64,000 bases of DNA from Convolutriloba macropyga (Eukaryota). Positions 36,126-49,576 of the stretch are shown one piece after another. How positions within the stretch are numbered: position 1 is the first letter of the stretch; every line of letters starts with the position of its first letter. The position numbers and the translations under genes were made by a program. The stretch covers positions 22,940,001 through 23,004,000 of the forward strand of contig NC_134481.1 of the NCBI RefSeq assembly GCF_964194025.1, given 5' to 3'. The notes under the pieces are model-generated. The model was given only the letters and a program-made list of their open reading frames with translations. It had not been told where the DNA came from and did not search any database.

Positions 36126-37244
36126 GTGTGTCTTTGTCTTTTCCCCTTTTCTTTGGCTTTTTAATGCACAATTTTTGCTGTGCCTTTTCGTTTTAGATTT
36201 TTCTTTAGAATTCACACGGCTGACATGACTTTTGTTTGACCTAAATTGCTCTCTTTCAGAAACTGAGTCTATTACTAAAACAAAAGTGACTGAAAGATAT
36301 TCATATGATTCTAGCCCCCTCTGATTTAAAGCCCTGCTGTCGCTCGAGAGAAATGTGTCCGATGTAAGTCAGTTTACGTTTTTTTTTCATCCGATGCGAT
36401 GAATAAATTGGCTCAAAGGGCTCAATTTTAAGTTAATTTTCGGCTTTTTGCCAGTATTTTCTGGATCTTTGAGAGGACTTCGGTAATTAGTTTATATGTT
36501 AACCGCTTTTTATTAAATCAGGTATTCCTTTTCTCAGTTTCTATTGTGAGGCATTTTGATGATACAGAAACCGACTTCGTGGACAATTTGTCCAATTTTT
36601 GTTTTATTTTGCTTCTGATTTTTTTTGCACTGGAATGAACTTTTCTGTGCACCTTCAGCGGTGTGATTTTTAAAATAGGTATTCATATTGTTTTGGTATC
36701 AATTGTTTGAATTTTTGAAGGTTGTTTCTTCATGGCATTTTTAGCAACGAACTCACCTCTTTGCACATTATCTTGGTGTTCGGAATCTTAAACTTTCGTT
36801 TTATTATTTTAGTCATTATTTTATTTTGACAAGGAGATCGGTAATTAAAGTTACTGAGCATCCAAGGTTAATGAATCCTTTGATTTGCTTTGATTTTCCC
36901 ATTTCATTTTCAGTTTTCATTATATTGAAGTTGCCTCCCTATTGTTTTTAGCAATCTATCCATAGCATTCTTGTGTATGCCTACATTCCAGTGTATGTCT
37001 ATATCTTTTGATATAAATTTTTTGTATCAAAAAATGTATCTGCTTTCCCAATGTATTTTGGCTCGCAAAGTTGCTTTCCTTTCAGTCTGCCTCAATAGTG
37101 TCATTACTGAAATTTCATTACGACAGTGATTAATGCTTTAATCAAATATTTTCGTTAATTTTGGCGAGGTGAAGAATAACTGTTTCAGACTATCGTTTTC
37201 GGAAGGTCCAACGCTTCGGATCGCATCCATTATTTGACTTGCTG

Positions 37245-37580
37245 TTTTTTTTTGTTTTGTCAAGATTTTAGTTACGACCATATGATTTCAACCCTACTTC
37301 ACAACTGTTTTTTTTTTCATTCATACATTTTTATTGAATTGTCTGTTCTATTGCTCATTCGCTTGATGAAGTTATTGGTCACACTTGACTTAACTCACTC
37401 ACAAAAAATGACTTTCAAACTCTCAAAAATGACTTTTGCTTACTTTAATTGAAATAATTGGGTCAACTGAGTGTATATCATTCTAAAAAGGAATTTCTGT
37501 TCTTCGGTCGTTTCTCATTTTCTTTTTGAGACTGAATGTCTACGAAGCTATCGCAGCTATTTTCTGACATCTATGTTTTA
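37245..37580. repeat. Dispersed repeat, copy A (partial)
   Basis: Shares GTTACGACCATATGA, GGTCACACTTGACTTA and CTACGAAGCTAT..GCTATTTT blocks with 43612-44068 and 44828-45290. Confidence 0.75.
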
Positions 37581-38047
37581 ACTGATGTATATGATGTCTG
37601 TGTTTAATTCGGTACTTATGGAACTGTTTCGTCTGCTCTCTGGACTATTTTCTCTGGGAGTATTTTGTTCGGTCCCGTAAATTAGAAATTTGACACCTCG
37701 TGATTTTTTGATCCAAAGTTGTGAATGTACTGTTTGATTTGAGATTCGGTATAATAGTTTTCTGTATTCCTTCTATATATTCAGAGCCCGCACCACATGT
37801 ATACCAACTCCATGGACACTCCTTTCTACTCATGCATTAAGATACAAGAAGGAACGTTAAATATCTGGACGCATAAATGTTGGCGGCTAAATCTGACATT
37901 GTTTTAGCAGTTCATTCATCAATCCAACTGTAATTTATTGCCACTGTTATATTGTTTTAGATTGCTTGAAATGACAGTTGTTTCAATAATTTAGTAAACG
38001 TGACATGTGACGTATGTTTGATATTTCGGAGATCATCTGGTTTTAAA

Positions 38048-39121
38048 ATGAGGTCAAGATATCGCTTATCGCGTGTACTGCTATCAGATTTTCTGCTAGT
38101 TCCATTTCGAGTCCGATATGCCTCGTCAAATGTTACGTCTGTGGTCATTCACAAGGAACCCGTATCCTGGGTTCGGAAAGGTGGTGTGACTCCAGATTTT
38201 GAACCTGGCCACAAAATACGACCGGTAGCATTTAGTGAACGTCGCCTGAAAAGGGAAACAACTTTTCCCGATTCCCCAATTAACGATGTGTATCTCAATT
38301 TTTACATGGGAAAATGCGTGTATGATCACTGCTTCCCTTATCATATCTTAACGAAAGATCAACACGCTTCTTTTATGGCACGATTAGATAAGATGAGGAA
38401 AACAATGGAAAATAATCTTGGTGAGAACAGTTCTGAAGACGATGTTTTGAGGAGTTTAAGAGACGTCGGAATGTTCGGAATCCGAACTAAAACGACACTA
38501 GGAGGTCTTGGTGTTTCTTTTGAACGAGAGTTACTGAGATTTTCAGAGAGCATTCTTGATTATACTCAGAATTCAGTTTTACTCAAGCACATAATAGTCC
38601 AAAATGTTATTCAGATGTGCGTGAACAAATTTGTCAACGACAGTGAAGTGTCGAATAATCTTCAGACGCTTTTAAATGAACAGATATCATCTCAGTTAGT
38701 TATTTTTGAAGGTGGGAAAGTGGAAAAATTTGAGGGTGGTTGCTTCGTTACATCTGGTCAACGGTTAAAAACTTACGGCGAACTGAATAACCACGAACTA
38801 TCAGATTTAATACTTTGTGTGATGAAAAATCAAGAAACAAACAACTTGTTTTCATTTTTGACACCTACAGCTGATAAAGAAGGACTGTGTTTCGATAGAG
38901 AAACGCAAGAATTGAGTCTCAAAAATTGCCCAATCAGTTCTGAGCTGATAGTTGAGAATGGAAAGGACGTTCTGGAGATGTTTGACTCGTTTTACTCCCT
39001 TTGCATCGGGGCTGTTGTTTCCAAGTGGGCCAAAATGTTGGCTAATGAAGTGTTTCTCGATATGAGTCGGAGTAGGAGACATGGCCATAGAATGATTAAA
39101 TACCAGAACATAATGAACCAG
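38048..39121 (+). CDS. ACAD9: ACAD9/VLCAD-like protein, coding exon 1 (with mitochondrial presequence)
   Basis: Arg-rich leader MRSRYRLSR..VRYASS. NFYMGK..CFPY and LRDVGMFGIRTKTTLGGLG match the ACAD9 N-terminal domain. Phase-0 donor CAG|GT at 39121/39122. Confidence 0.75.
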
Positions 39122-39354
39122 GTTGTGTATCAAGCTTCCGCCTTTTGATTAGTTGATAAATATAGATAAGGAAAAATATTGCAGCAAAATTTCTTGAAGT
39201 CAAGACCGCTTTATTATTCGGCTGGCTGGCTCTATATTGAGCTGCCAAATAACCAAGAATTCAAATGTCTGTCAATGGCTCTCAAGCTGTGACAACCGAG
39301 ATATGAATTTTGATACTTCATGTAACTTATAAATGTTCAAATTTGCTGTTTTAG

Positions 39355-39916
39355 ATTGAAGACATAGAATCACTTTGTTACGTCATAGAGACTCTTCCTT
39401 ACTTCTCAGCCTCCCGAATGGACAGAGCTAGGGAGCGATTCAAACAGGAACCTCCAAGAATGATATCCGAAATCAGATCTTCACAAATTAATCAGCAGCA
39501 CTACGTGCAAAAGTTTATTGAAAAGCTACACGTTCTAGCCGGATCTGACCTTCTTAATAATGAATCTTATAAATATTTCTTAGAATTCAGTAATGATATC
39601 TATCCAAACCCTGATGAAGCTGGCAACTATATATCGAAAGAAGGTATGGACCTCTTTACTGAGAGTTTGACAGATAAAACGTTGCAGCATACTAAAACTC
39701 AAAAGTTGCGCAATTTTTATTTCAACAATGTTATCCACTTAACCTCAAACCACGTACAAGGCATGCTTTCTGACTCGTCCTTGGTTTTCGTTCATCATAA
39801 TTATGTGAATGTTGCTAACTCAATTGACAGGTTAACATATGCATCCTTGAATATGATGAAGAAGATAGCGAAGGAACGACCAGAAACGTACCGAGAGGAT
39901 CCTTTTTTCAACAAAG
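39355..39916 (+). CDS. ACAD9: ACAD9-like coding exon 2 (3' boundary uncertain)
   Basis: Acceptor TTTTAG at 39354 is in frame with exon 1 and the 39418 ORF (IEDIESLCY..VHHNYVNVANSIDRLTY). Donor not resolved; possibly a GC donor at 39917. Confidence 0.65.
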
Positions 39917-40569
39917 GCAACTGCTTCCTCTTTTTTGTAAAAAGATATCTACCACTCGGAGAGCAATGTTATTTTTTCATTGGTTGTCCTTGTTGGACTA
40001 ATTTTTATTGTTTTTAAAATACACCAATTTGTACTAGCATCCAACAAAATTTAATTCAGTTCAAATCAACTGCAAGTGGTAATTTACCCAATAGCAATGG
40101 TATATAATTTTAGCTTTGACCATTTTTTGAAGAGGAAACAGGGAATTTAAATTAGATAACCTTTATCACATGTTGTTTACAAATATTATCAACAGTCATT
40201 TAGAATTTTTTTGCAAGATAATCGAACCAGTTGTGGCTGTTGGCTTTTATGTAGATGTAAGAGCTGAAAGAGCTAAGTAACTTCTAAATCCTTCTTAAAA
40301 CTCAAATCTCTCGTCCTTTTGAAAAATTTGATTGCTCTATCAGATCAAGAAATTGTCCAGCACTAGCCCACACAAATAGTCGTCTTCAACTGAATCATAT
40401 ATGTACCCACAGCCACAGGTAAACTCGAGTATCAAGTTTGTCGAGAAGGGCGTGAACGTTAGAGGAGCAACTCAACATGCAAATAAACTTGATAGTTTGA
40501 ACTTTGTTCGTTTAAATGGATCCTGTAATTTTGAACCGCTCACGTGCATTTCAATTTTTTGGGAAACAG

Positions 40570-40945
40570 TATATTAAGCTACACAAAATGTCAAAACTAT
40601 TCAAATGTTTTCCCCTGGGAAAAGGAAGCCGTTTCTGTACAAGTTGTGAGGGAGTACGCTTTGGGCATGCACGTTGCAGTGGCAGTGATTGCCAGAGTTT
40701 CACAGTCAACATTTGTGGGTAGTCCCCACTATCATCATGAAAACAGATTTGTGGAGAAGTTTGTCAATGATAAACTGCAGGAGACAGCTTTCATATTGCA
40801 ACAGTGGAACCGTCCGGGTGCTTTTGAAGCGTCTTCTGTGGTCGCGGAGTATGCAATTGAAAATGAAGATAATTTGAATGATGTGTTGTCCTGGACTAAA
40901 GTGAAGACTTCGGACAAAGAAAGTGGTTTTCATCATAATCTGTAA
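40570..40945 (+). CDS. ACAD9: ACAD9-like last coding exon (5' boundary uncertain)
   Basis: MHVAVAVIARVSQSTFVGSPHYHHENRFVEKF matches the ACAD9/VLCAD C-terminal AVLSRASRS..G..NHDHE region. Confidence 0.7.
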
Positions 40946-43611
40946 AAGAAAATGTATATTGAAGTTTTCTGAATTGACTGGTTTTTCAAATTAATTTCTA
41001 GTTGGCTTCTCATGAATTTTGCATAGAATTAAACACACTTCCTGAATTCCCTCAATTTTGAAGTAACGACTTTTAACAATGTTGCTATTTAATTCCAACT
41101 ACGGTTCTAACGATATAATCTAGAAGAAATGACATTTCTTCTAGATGGCTATTGTGGCTATTTCGGACTGGAAATTTGGGACTTTGTGCTATTATTTAGG
41201 ACCAGTACTAAATTTTAGCGTAGAAGGAAGTTGGAAACATATTGCAGGTATTTAAATTTTTGATTTATTGATGAAAGTCAACACGATCAGATCTTGTTGG
41301 TTCGTAGAATTATTAACCAGTGTAAAATAGACTAGCCTTTCTAATTTAGAAACAAGGTAACTGTTCTATTTTGGCTGCGAAAAAGATCGACCGTCAGGAG
41401 TAAAACAATTAACTAAAATAATTTTATTGTTCAAAATTTTTTTACTCTGCATACCGTGAATAACATTTACTGGTCTATGTAAATGAATAATAGTAGTATC
41501 TCAACTTTTTTTCTGTGTTTGAGGAGGAAAAGCGCGTCAAATTGGACTGGGATGAACAAGGCAAAATTAACACATAGCATATTTCTCAATTTTTCAATTT
41601 TGATCTGAGAAGGGAAAAGCGGTCTTTAAGTTTTCTTTTCAGCAACCGAAACGTAGATTGGCCGAAGTCAAAAACAGAGGATCATTTTCTATGAAACATT
41701 CTGGAGCAACAAAAATATTGCTATAGGTTTTCGCCTTCAGATTTTTGAAATATTTCACGTAATTCTTTTAAACCAAAAATCCTACAAACCCCGTACAAAT
41801 TATCGCTGTTTACCAAACTCTAAGTAAAATTGAAGCAATGTCTTCATTGAACCCATTCCGATCTCATTATAGCAATGAAAGTTCAATTTTGCTAGCGCAA
41901 ATTCGGAATAATTTTTATGGAGTCTTTTAAAATAACTCTTCGCGAGTTAGCATGTTGGACAATTGTGCTGATACGCTGTAGTTTGTTTCATAGAAAAGTG
42001 AAAACGAACAATAAACGTGTTGAATTACGAAAAAGTGAATAGAAGCAATATTCGGAGAAATCTTGAAATAGAAAAGAATTTGCTTTCGTGGAAAATGTTT
42101 TTTTGAAGTAGATACAATCTATAAATGTATTTGCCAATGGTTTTTAAAGTAAATACAAGCAGTTCACGATGTGAATCAGAGAACGTGACATTCCTTGGCC
42201 GTAAAATTGAACTCGACTTCATGTTTGATGGCTAAAATATTATTTTGGGATCTTTTCAATTGCCCTCTTTTGCGAAAGGGGGGCTATTCTTGAATAGAAT
42301 TTAAACCAGCAATTTATTAACCAGTTAGACGACTAATAACTATCCACATATGTGCCTACTATAATGAACTGATTAGAATAAAAGACGTCATGCTGTGGCA
42401 ATTAGCCGTTTTGGAATACAAATCGAAAAGAATTTCCGACTGGCGGGTTGTTGGGTGCGCTTCGCTGCGATAGCCGTCTCGCGATTTCCAGATTACATAC
42501 CACAGTGCATGAGAGGCATAGCCGTTAATAACAGTTAGCAATTGCGTTTAAACTGGTATTCGGCTATCTAATCTGTAGGCCAAGTAATATGGTGGTTATG
42601 TATAGCACAGAAAGAGATAGGTTCTCTGCTAGGTGACAGAGGGGGATGGGGGCGGCAATTGTTGGAAAGATCCGTATTTTGAAATGAACTTGAATTCTTT
42701 GTGTTTTTAATGTTTATTCTCAATTGTTTTGTTTGTTTTCTTGGCAAGGTTAATATAACTAACTCTCTATTTGATTTCTTTCTCAAACACGCGCGCACAA
42801 TTACATACATAAACGTTGAGAGAAACACACGCACATATTTTTTTCGGTGAATGTTAGTGATTTTGATTTCTGCAATTTTTCGTTTATTGAGATCTGTTTC
42901 AATAGTTTTAACGCAACCTGAACTCTTCTACTTCACCTACTCTAGCTATAAGATTGTTGTGGCTAGAACTGGAATTTATTATATCATTTTTCTGTCTGTA
43001 TTTCTGTATTCAACGACTTACTTAGTAGTGTTTTTTCAGAGTTTTTTGGAATAAAGTTCAGAGCAATCATTTCAGTCATGTGTGCCTTATGCAAATTTTT
43101 CCACTTAACTACGCGCAAATTATTCTGAGCAAACTCGGGAAAGATTGGAGAATGAAATCAAAATGAAAATGTGATGATTAATTATAACCCAGTTCTAAAT
43201 GCCCATTACCTGACTTCTGTTTATTTTTGACGGTGTGCTTTTTGGCACTGATTGTAAATAGTACGCAACTTTTCATACCTATGCAGAAAGTAGGATCCTA
43301 ACTAAATCCTAACTAATAAATCAAATAAATACCCTAATTGTCTGCAGTTAGTTGTTCCAATTAATTTTCAAGTATTCTATCGGCTGTGTTATGTTCTATC
43401 GGCCCGAAATTTTGAGTTTTTTAATTCAAATTCAGGCAATTTAATTATTACGGTAATTTGCTTGCAAGACAAAACTCTTCTGATTGTTGAAGAACCAATC
43501 GGAAAACTGCTCGTTGCCAGATTGCTGATTCGATACAGAATGCTGCTCTTTTTACGAAACATTTATTAATAGCCGCACAGCGATAGCTGAGGCTATTATT
43601 GGCCTTCTCTT

Positions 43612-44068
43612 GGTTTTTTTTATTTCGTCGTCATGATTTTTGTTACGACCATATGACGTCACAGCCATTTTTTTTTCATTCGTTCATGCAATTTCAATTG
43701 AATTGCATGTGTGACGTCATTTTTCGCTCTTAGTGGAGCGAGTTTTTTTGTTCATGCGCGTGATTAAAATTTTGGTCACACTTGACTTACCTCACTCTCA
43801 AAAGTGACTTCCTCACTTTGAAATTGACTTTTATTTACTTTAATTCAAAGAGACAAGGTCAAATGGGTGTGTATCACTCTAAATGAAGGTTATTTGAGAT
43901 CAGCTAATAGAGGCAGCAATAACTTATACAGATTTTTAATCAAAATATAACAGATCAGCCTTCAATGAAAAGATAAATTTTTTTGGTCTGTCTTTTTTAC
44001 TGTTTTTTTAGACCGCCGATCTACGAATCTATTGCGGCTATTTTCTGGCAATCTGCCAGCTATGTTCT
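43612..44068. repeat. Dispersed repeat, copy B
   Basis: TTTATTTCGTCGTCA..CCATATGACGTCACA..GGCAATCTGCCAGCTATGTT is collinear with copy C. Confidence 0.85.
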
Positions 44069-44479
44069 AATTTTTCAGAATTTTCAAGTTATCTGAAATT
44101 TCAATAATTGAAATTATAGTTTTACAATTGCAATTTCTCTTATGTGAAATTTGGAAGCAGTATAAATTTTTTTGATTTTTCAGCATTGATTTTGCAATTA
44201 TCCGTTGATCTTTATATTTTTAGTAATAGACGCGAAGCGACAGCTGATGCTATTATTGGTGCTCTATTGGTTTTTAACCATTCAAAGAATTTGAATTGTA
44301 TAGGGGCGCTGTCTTTTAAGATCTGTTCACACATTTTCATGATTTTTGAAGTCAAATTGAAGTAGTGATTTTGGTCAAGCCGAAACAGGAAGTGGAGCGA
44401 AAAAGCGAGTGGTTATGTGGCGTGATTTTTTTTGCTCTAATTTTAAAGTAGAGTGAGAAAACGGTGTTTGAACAAAAAT

Positions 44480-44790
44480 TCGCTTTCTCGCTTGTGGTTT
44501 GTTGTCCACATGCCGCAATTTCACTTTGATTTTTACTGTTTTTTCGATTTTTTGGATAGAATTTTATTTTAAATCGTTTTCCCAATCCAGTCATAGTTCA
44601 TTCTAGACCCAGTTTTTTTGTTTGAACTAAATTTTCATTTTCGCTTGTAGTTTATTGTTCACATGCGGCACTTTGACATTGGTTTTCTGTTTTTTTTTTT
44701 TTAAATTTTTTTGTCTGATTTTTTAGAAATTGTGTTTTCCCACTTCACTCATAGTGCGTTCTAATTCTAGTTTTTTTGTTTAGTCAATGA
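44480..44790. repeat. Diverged ~155-bp tandem duplication
   Basis: CGCTTGT(G/A)GTTT..CACATGC and TCATAGT..TTCTA..GTTTTTTTGTTT each occur twice. Confidence 0.6.
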
Positions 44791-44827
44791 AAAATCCGTG
44801 AATTGTACGTCAGGACATGTCCTGCGA

Positions 44828-45290
44828 TGTTTTTTTATTTCGTCGTCAAGATTTTTGTTTAAAACCATATGACGTCACAACCACTTCAAATCTGCTTTTT
44901 GTTCATTAGTTCATGCAGTTTCAACTGACGTACGTGCGTGACGTTATTTTTCACTCTGTCTGGAGCGAATTTTTTGTTCTTTCGCGTGAAATAGTATTTT
45001 GGTCACACGTGATTTACTCACTCTCAAAAATGACTTCTTCACTCTAAAATTGACTTTTCTTCACTTTAATTCAAAGAGATAGGGTCAAGTGAGTTTGTGT
45101 CACTCTAACCGAAAGTTATTTGAGAGCAGTGAATAGAGGTAGCATTAGGGTGAACAAATTTTTAAAAAAATATAACATCTCAGCATTTAAAAAAGAAATT
45201 TTTTTGGTCTGTTTCTTTTACTATATTTTAGAGACTGCAGATCTACGAAGCTATTGCGGCTATTTTTGGCAATCTGCCAGCTATGTTGTT
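44828..45290. repeat. Dispersed repeat, copy C
   Basis: Collinear with copy B over about 450 bp. Confidence 0.85.
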
Positions 45291-46113
45291 CGTGTTTGTG
45301 GTCCCTGGGATAATTTTGGAAGAAAAAAATTTCAATTGGAATTAAGTTGGAGAGGGTTACAATTCAATCATTGTCTTAATTTTTCAGTCAATGTTCTCCG
45401 CATTTTAAAAAATATAAAATTGATTCAAATTCATAACGCATTTCGTTTTTGTCTATGTTTTAATCTAAACATGAAGCCGCGTACATTTACTCGATAAAAT
45501 CACCAGAGCTTCAAAACTTTGAACCAATTTTAGGGAGACCAATTTTGAAAAGGTTTTGCAATTTAAAATTCAATTTTAAAATTTTGAATCATCTTGATAC
45601 GATACGCGTGTTTACTTCGACCATTTTAGGAGTTGTTTATAGACCTCTGACTAATTGAACTATTGTGGGAACGCACATTAACGATCCCGTTGTGCACAAG
45701 TTTCACTCTGCTTTTTTAACAAGCTCGGGTTTCGTTTTATTTGACTAAAAGACCACTATTCAATCGTGAACAGTTAATTGTTCTGAGCCGAAGGTTGTAC
45801 CTTCAGTTTTTTAGCCCGGACCTTTTCGTTCGATTTTTTCTACTGCCGATTTTTCATCTAACCGTTGTGTTGTGTGGCCATTTTTAAAGTGACTCTTGCA
45901 CGCTTGAGATCTTATTTTCCTTTAGTGTTAAATCGCTCTTATTTAGTTGAAAAGATCTGAGCTTAAATGGAGGCAGTTTACTACTAAATATTGTTGTCGC
46001 TCTAGTAAAAAAAATTATTCGAAGCTCCTTAGCTGAAGTCTCCTGGCCGCCTGTCGCCTGGGAGCGAATCATCCGACATAAGTCAGTTATGTTATGGTTG
46101 TTTTTTATTTCAG

Positions 46114-46401
46114 ATGAGTTATGAACACTTTACATGTTTCTGCCGAGCCGCAAAATCCGTCTGTTCTATAACAATTGCATCCCTGTCCTTTCTTGCTCTC
46201 GTCATTCTTCCTCTTTCGGAAGCTTCTGTTCATAATGTGCCCATGTTTCCAGGAAGGAGGCAGGGAGAGTGCAATGGAAATGTGGGCTTGCAGCTGCCTC
46301 CTGACCCTTCGGAGAACTTAGTGGGGTTGTGTTTCCATGATGCAGTTGACAAGCAGTGCTCCGATTTACCGGCAGCTTGCTTTGATTGTGATTTCGATGT
46401 G
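46114..46401 (+). CDS. TM2D3: TM2 domain-containing protein 3 (almondex), coding exon 1
   Basis: Signal-peptide-like hydrophobic stretch, CSDLPAACFDC motif, phase-0 donor GTG|GTAAGT. Confidence 0.88.
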
Positions 46402-46699
46402 GTAAGTTCCTGATATGAATAACACACAAGAATGAATCGAAAGTGAATTCCAATTTTTGTAAATGTCTATTTTGTAAACGGGTGGTAGGATATTAGGCGA
46501 CAACTCAATCAGGCAAAGCAAATTTATGCAACTATTAAGGCTAAAATTTTCAACTAATTTCGACGAACACCGATTAAAACACTCAGAAAAGGTACTTAAG
46601 ATATACTCGCTATGTAGTACTCAAGTGTTACTGCCAAATGTCTTCACAAAAAATGAGTTGATAGTTTTTTGTGAACTCGCCATTTTTCACACTGTCAAA

Positions 46700-49330
46700 C
46701 CATTTCTGCATCTATTAATAGCATAGCGAAAAAGATTTTGGCAAAAGTTGGAGTGCAATGAGGTCCAACATAATGAAAAATCAGTGTCAATGATTTAGAG
46801 CCATGGTGCACAAAATTTGAGGAAAATTGAGCGGTTAATTTAAATTGGTATAAATTGGTATAATGTAGTGATGGATATCAACCTGAAAATCACCATATTT
46901 GTCTTTTTTAGCTAATTGGCGTATCAGCAATTGTTAGAATCACTTATAAATAAATTCGTTTTCGGTTGGTACTCGAGTACAAATTATATTACAAATTTCA
47001 TCAGTCCATTAGCGGCCGCTTAAGTCTTATCGCCTGTTTAAAAGAGTCAATGAGTTTTTTTGAAATTCCACAATTTGATAGGATCCTTTGGAGCATTGCC
47101 TAATATTGACTGCATGTGCCTTAGTTGGTCTTGTCAATACAAACCGGACAAGACCGTTATTATCTTCAAATTATTATTATTCTTCAAATTAAAGAAAAAC
47201 CTGGTTATCTAATTTTTGTTCCTATTTCCAAAATAACTGTGATTGCTGATAGGAATCAATAAAGTAGACATTTTTTAGATTAGGTATATAAAACTCAAGA
47301 TCCTAGTCAGGTAATTGGAGGAGAGTTGTAATTATTTTTGAGTCCAATCTAGCAAAAGTGTTGAAAAGTAACCTAACTCTGTTGGACGATTTCTTTCTAA
47401 CTTTAGATGTCCGCTTTTCTAGAATTGGCAGAATTCTTATTCTATTTCGTGCCAGCATAAACTTATAAATTTCCAATTGGGTTATTTTATTATTCAATGT
47501 TTTTGAGACCTCTGACTTTCGTAGGATTTTTGAAGAAAGTTTCAGAACTTAATAGACATGCAGATCAAAAATAGAACATATCGAATTTTCTTTACGAAAT
47601 TTTCTCATTTCAGTTTGTTTGGCAGTGAAAAAATACAATTCAGAAGAAACAAATTTGCTGTCTCTGCAAAATAGCGAGTACTGATCTACTAGCAACTCCA
47701 TAAACCAGAATCCTATATTGATACAACGGATGGATGAACTGTTTATAAATTTTCGACAGTAGCTTTCTGCTCACGAAGTCTCTCGTGTGATATAAGATGG
47801 ATTTGAACTTGTTGCACTTCTGTTTTTATAATTTGCACATGAACGTGGAAACATAATTTATTGCCACTAATAATTCCTAATTACTTTGCTGCCTTTTGAC
47901 TTTCTAACATTTTTTCATTCAATTGAACTTGGGCTTGGTTTTTATACTACCAAAGAGAATAAGGTTGGTTTTATTCTTGTTGAGTGTTAATCCGTTGGAC
48001 TCCGTTCATTTGGTTGTCAATCTGAGGTCCTCATTGACTTCTTTCTGTGCAAACTTATATATTACAGTAAAATGCTATTGTTTTATTGTACTGTCATTTT
48101 ATAGATCAGAAAAAGCAGACGACCTAAAAAAGGATCCTTGTGGTTCACCGTGTCTTATTTCTTGAGTGCTGGATGCTTTTGATCCACACGCTATAAACAT
48201 TCCATAGCAAATGTTCCAGTGTCTCCGCAAGAGCACCTACATTTGATCGTTTACTAAGAAAACCCAGATGTCTGTGTGAGAGAACTTTAAACATGGTTAG
48301 AAAGGTCATTAATTGTCTGTGAATCAATTTTACAAATGACTTTACAAATTTTAGCCAAAGAGATATTGGTCGGTAGTTGCCATGCTCGCTCTTTTCGCAG
48401 ATTTATAGACTAGGACCACCTTGGCGACCTTATGGCAATCAGGAAAACTGCATTCTACTATCATCCTGTTGAGCAATATTTTGAGTATTTCACCGAGTAC
48501 TGGGTTAAATGTTTTTATTTGGAAATTAGACATAAAGAAGTGATCCAATTTATTTTGTTCTTCAATCGTGTCGTTTCATTAATTAATTCTTGGCTGGTAA
48601 TTCTCTGATTACAAATGAAATTGTTTTAACACCTGATATATTGGATGCTCTCTTGCATATTGTTGCGAGATAAGGTCCGATTGACGTCAAAAACTTCAAC
48701 TCCTCTGGTTCAATTAAGATTGAAAATTATTTATCTCCTAGCTTCGTGGTTGAGCTTAAAATTTTTAGGTATCTGAAAAGAAAATTCCCATGTTTTTTTT
48801 CCGAAAATTTTATTGTAGTGGGCAATTTTTGGCCTCTTTCATCATTTTTTTACTTTAGTATTTTTTTCTGGTACTTTATTAGCATTAAATTCTTTTTCTC
48901 CAGAAGTATTGTTTTTTGCTGCTGCAATTTTGATTTCGTTGTTTATCCAGTTCTTCTTAGTTCTATTCGATTTTTTTTCTCAGAGGTATCTCTCAGGTTT
49001 CTCTCACTTTTCATAGTAACAGTCAGTTACTGTAACTCTTTCTTTGATGTTTTCCGAACTAACATACATTGGTATTTACTGGAGGGCAAAAATCCGACGC
49101 CCCCTTCCCTCTTGTACTCCTTATTACATGTTATTAGTAGATCTTAGTCATCTTGGGTAAAAATTGCTTATTTGGACATTTTTTCAACCATTTTTCGTTT
49201 AATACAACAAACGCTGGTGATGACTTCTGAGAATTTAAAAAGACAAATAATTCAATATAATTGGGTCCTAAAGAGCGTATGTTTTGTAGTAGAAAATAAC
49301 CGCCCATTTTTTTGCCCTTCAAGTTTTGTT
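46700..49330 (-). mobile_element. Decayed non-LTR retrotransposon (APE endonuclease + RT) antisense in the TM2D3 intron
   Basis: LLQNIRSL..VVLNEKWL (endonuclease N-terminus, 49134-49322), FPDCHKVAKVVLVYK plus a YRPISL-like motif (~48360-48450), and LGFLSKRS..AL (48145-48327). Remnants below 48100 are faint, so the lower boundary is approximate. Confidence 0.75.
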
Positions 49331-49576
49331 GAGTACCTCTTCACGACAAAGAAAGAATGCAATTTGTGAAGAAAGGCAAAGTTTGGGAACTTAAGATAAT
49401 TGTGTGTGTATTGACGAAGCCTAGCATTCCAAGTTAACAGATACTTGTTCGAATCCTCAAATGGTCGATTTTCTCAACAGTTCACCTGCTTGGACCCCCT
49501 CACACCTCACCTCCCCCTCCACCTCCCACCCTCTCGCCCACCAACTAACATTAATGATTCAAAAGATGATGTTTAG

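Noticed and set aside
30810-36228. Recurrent 60-90 aa ORFs in the satellite (including CVCV/HTHT ORFs)
   Set aside because: Frames shift between units and some derive from (GT)n tracts; no sign of coding constraint.
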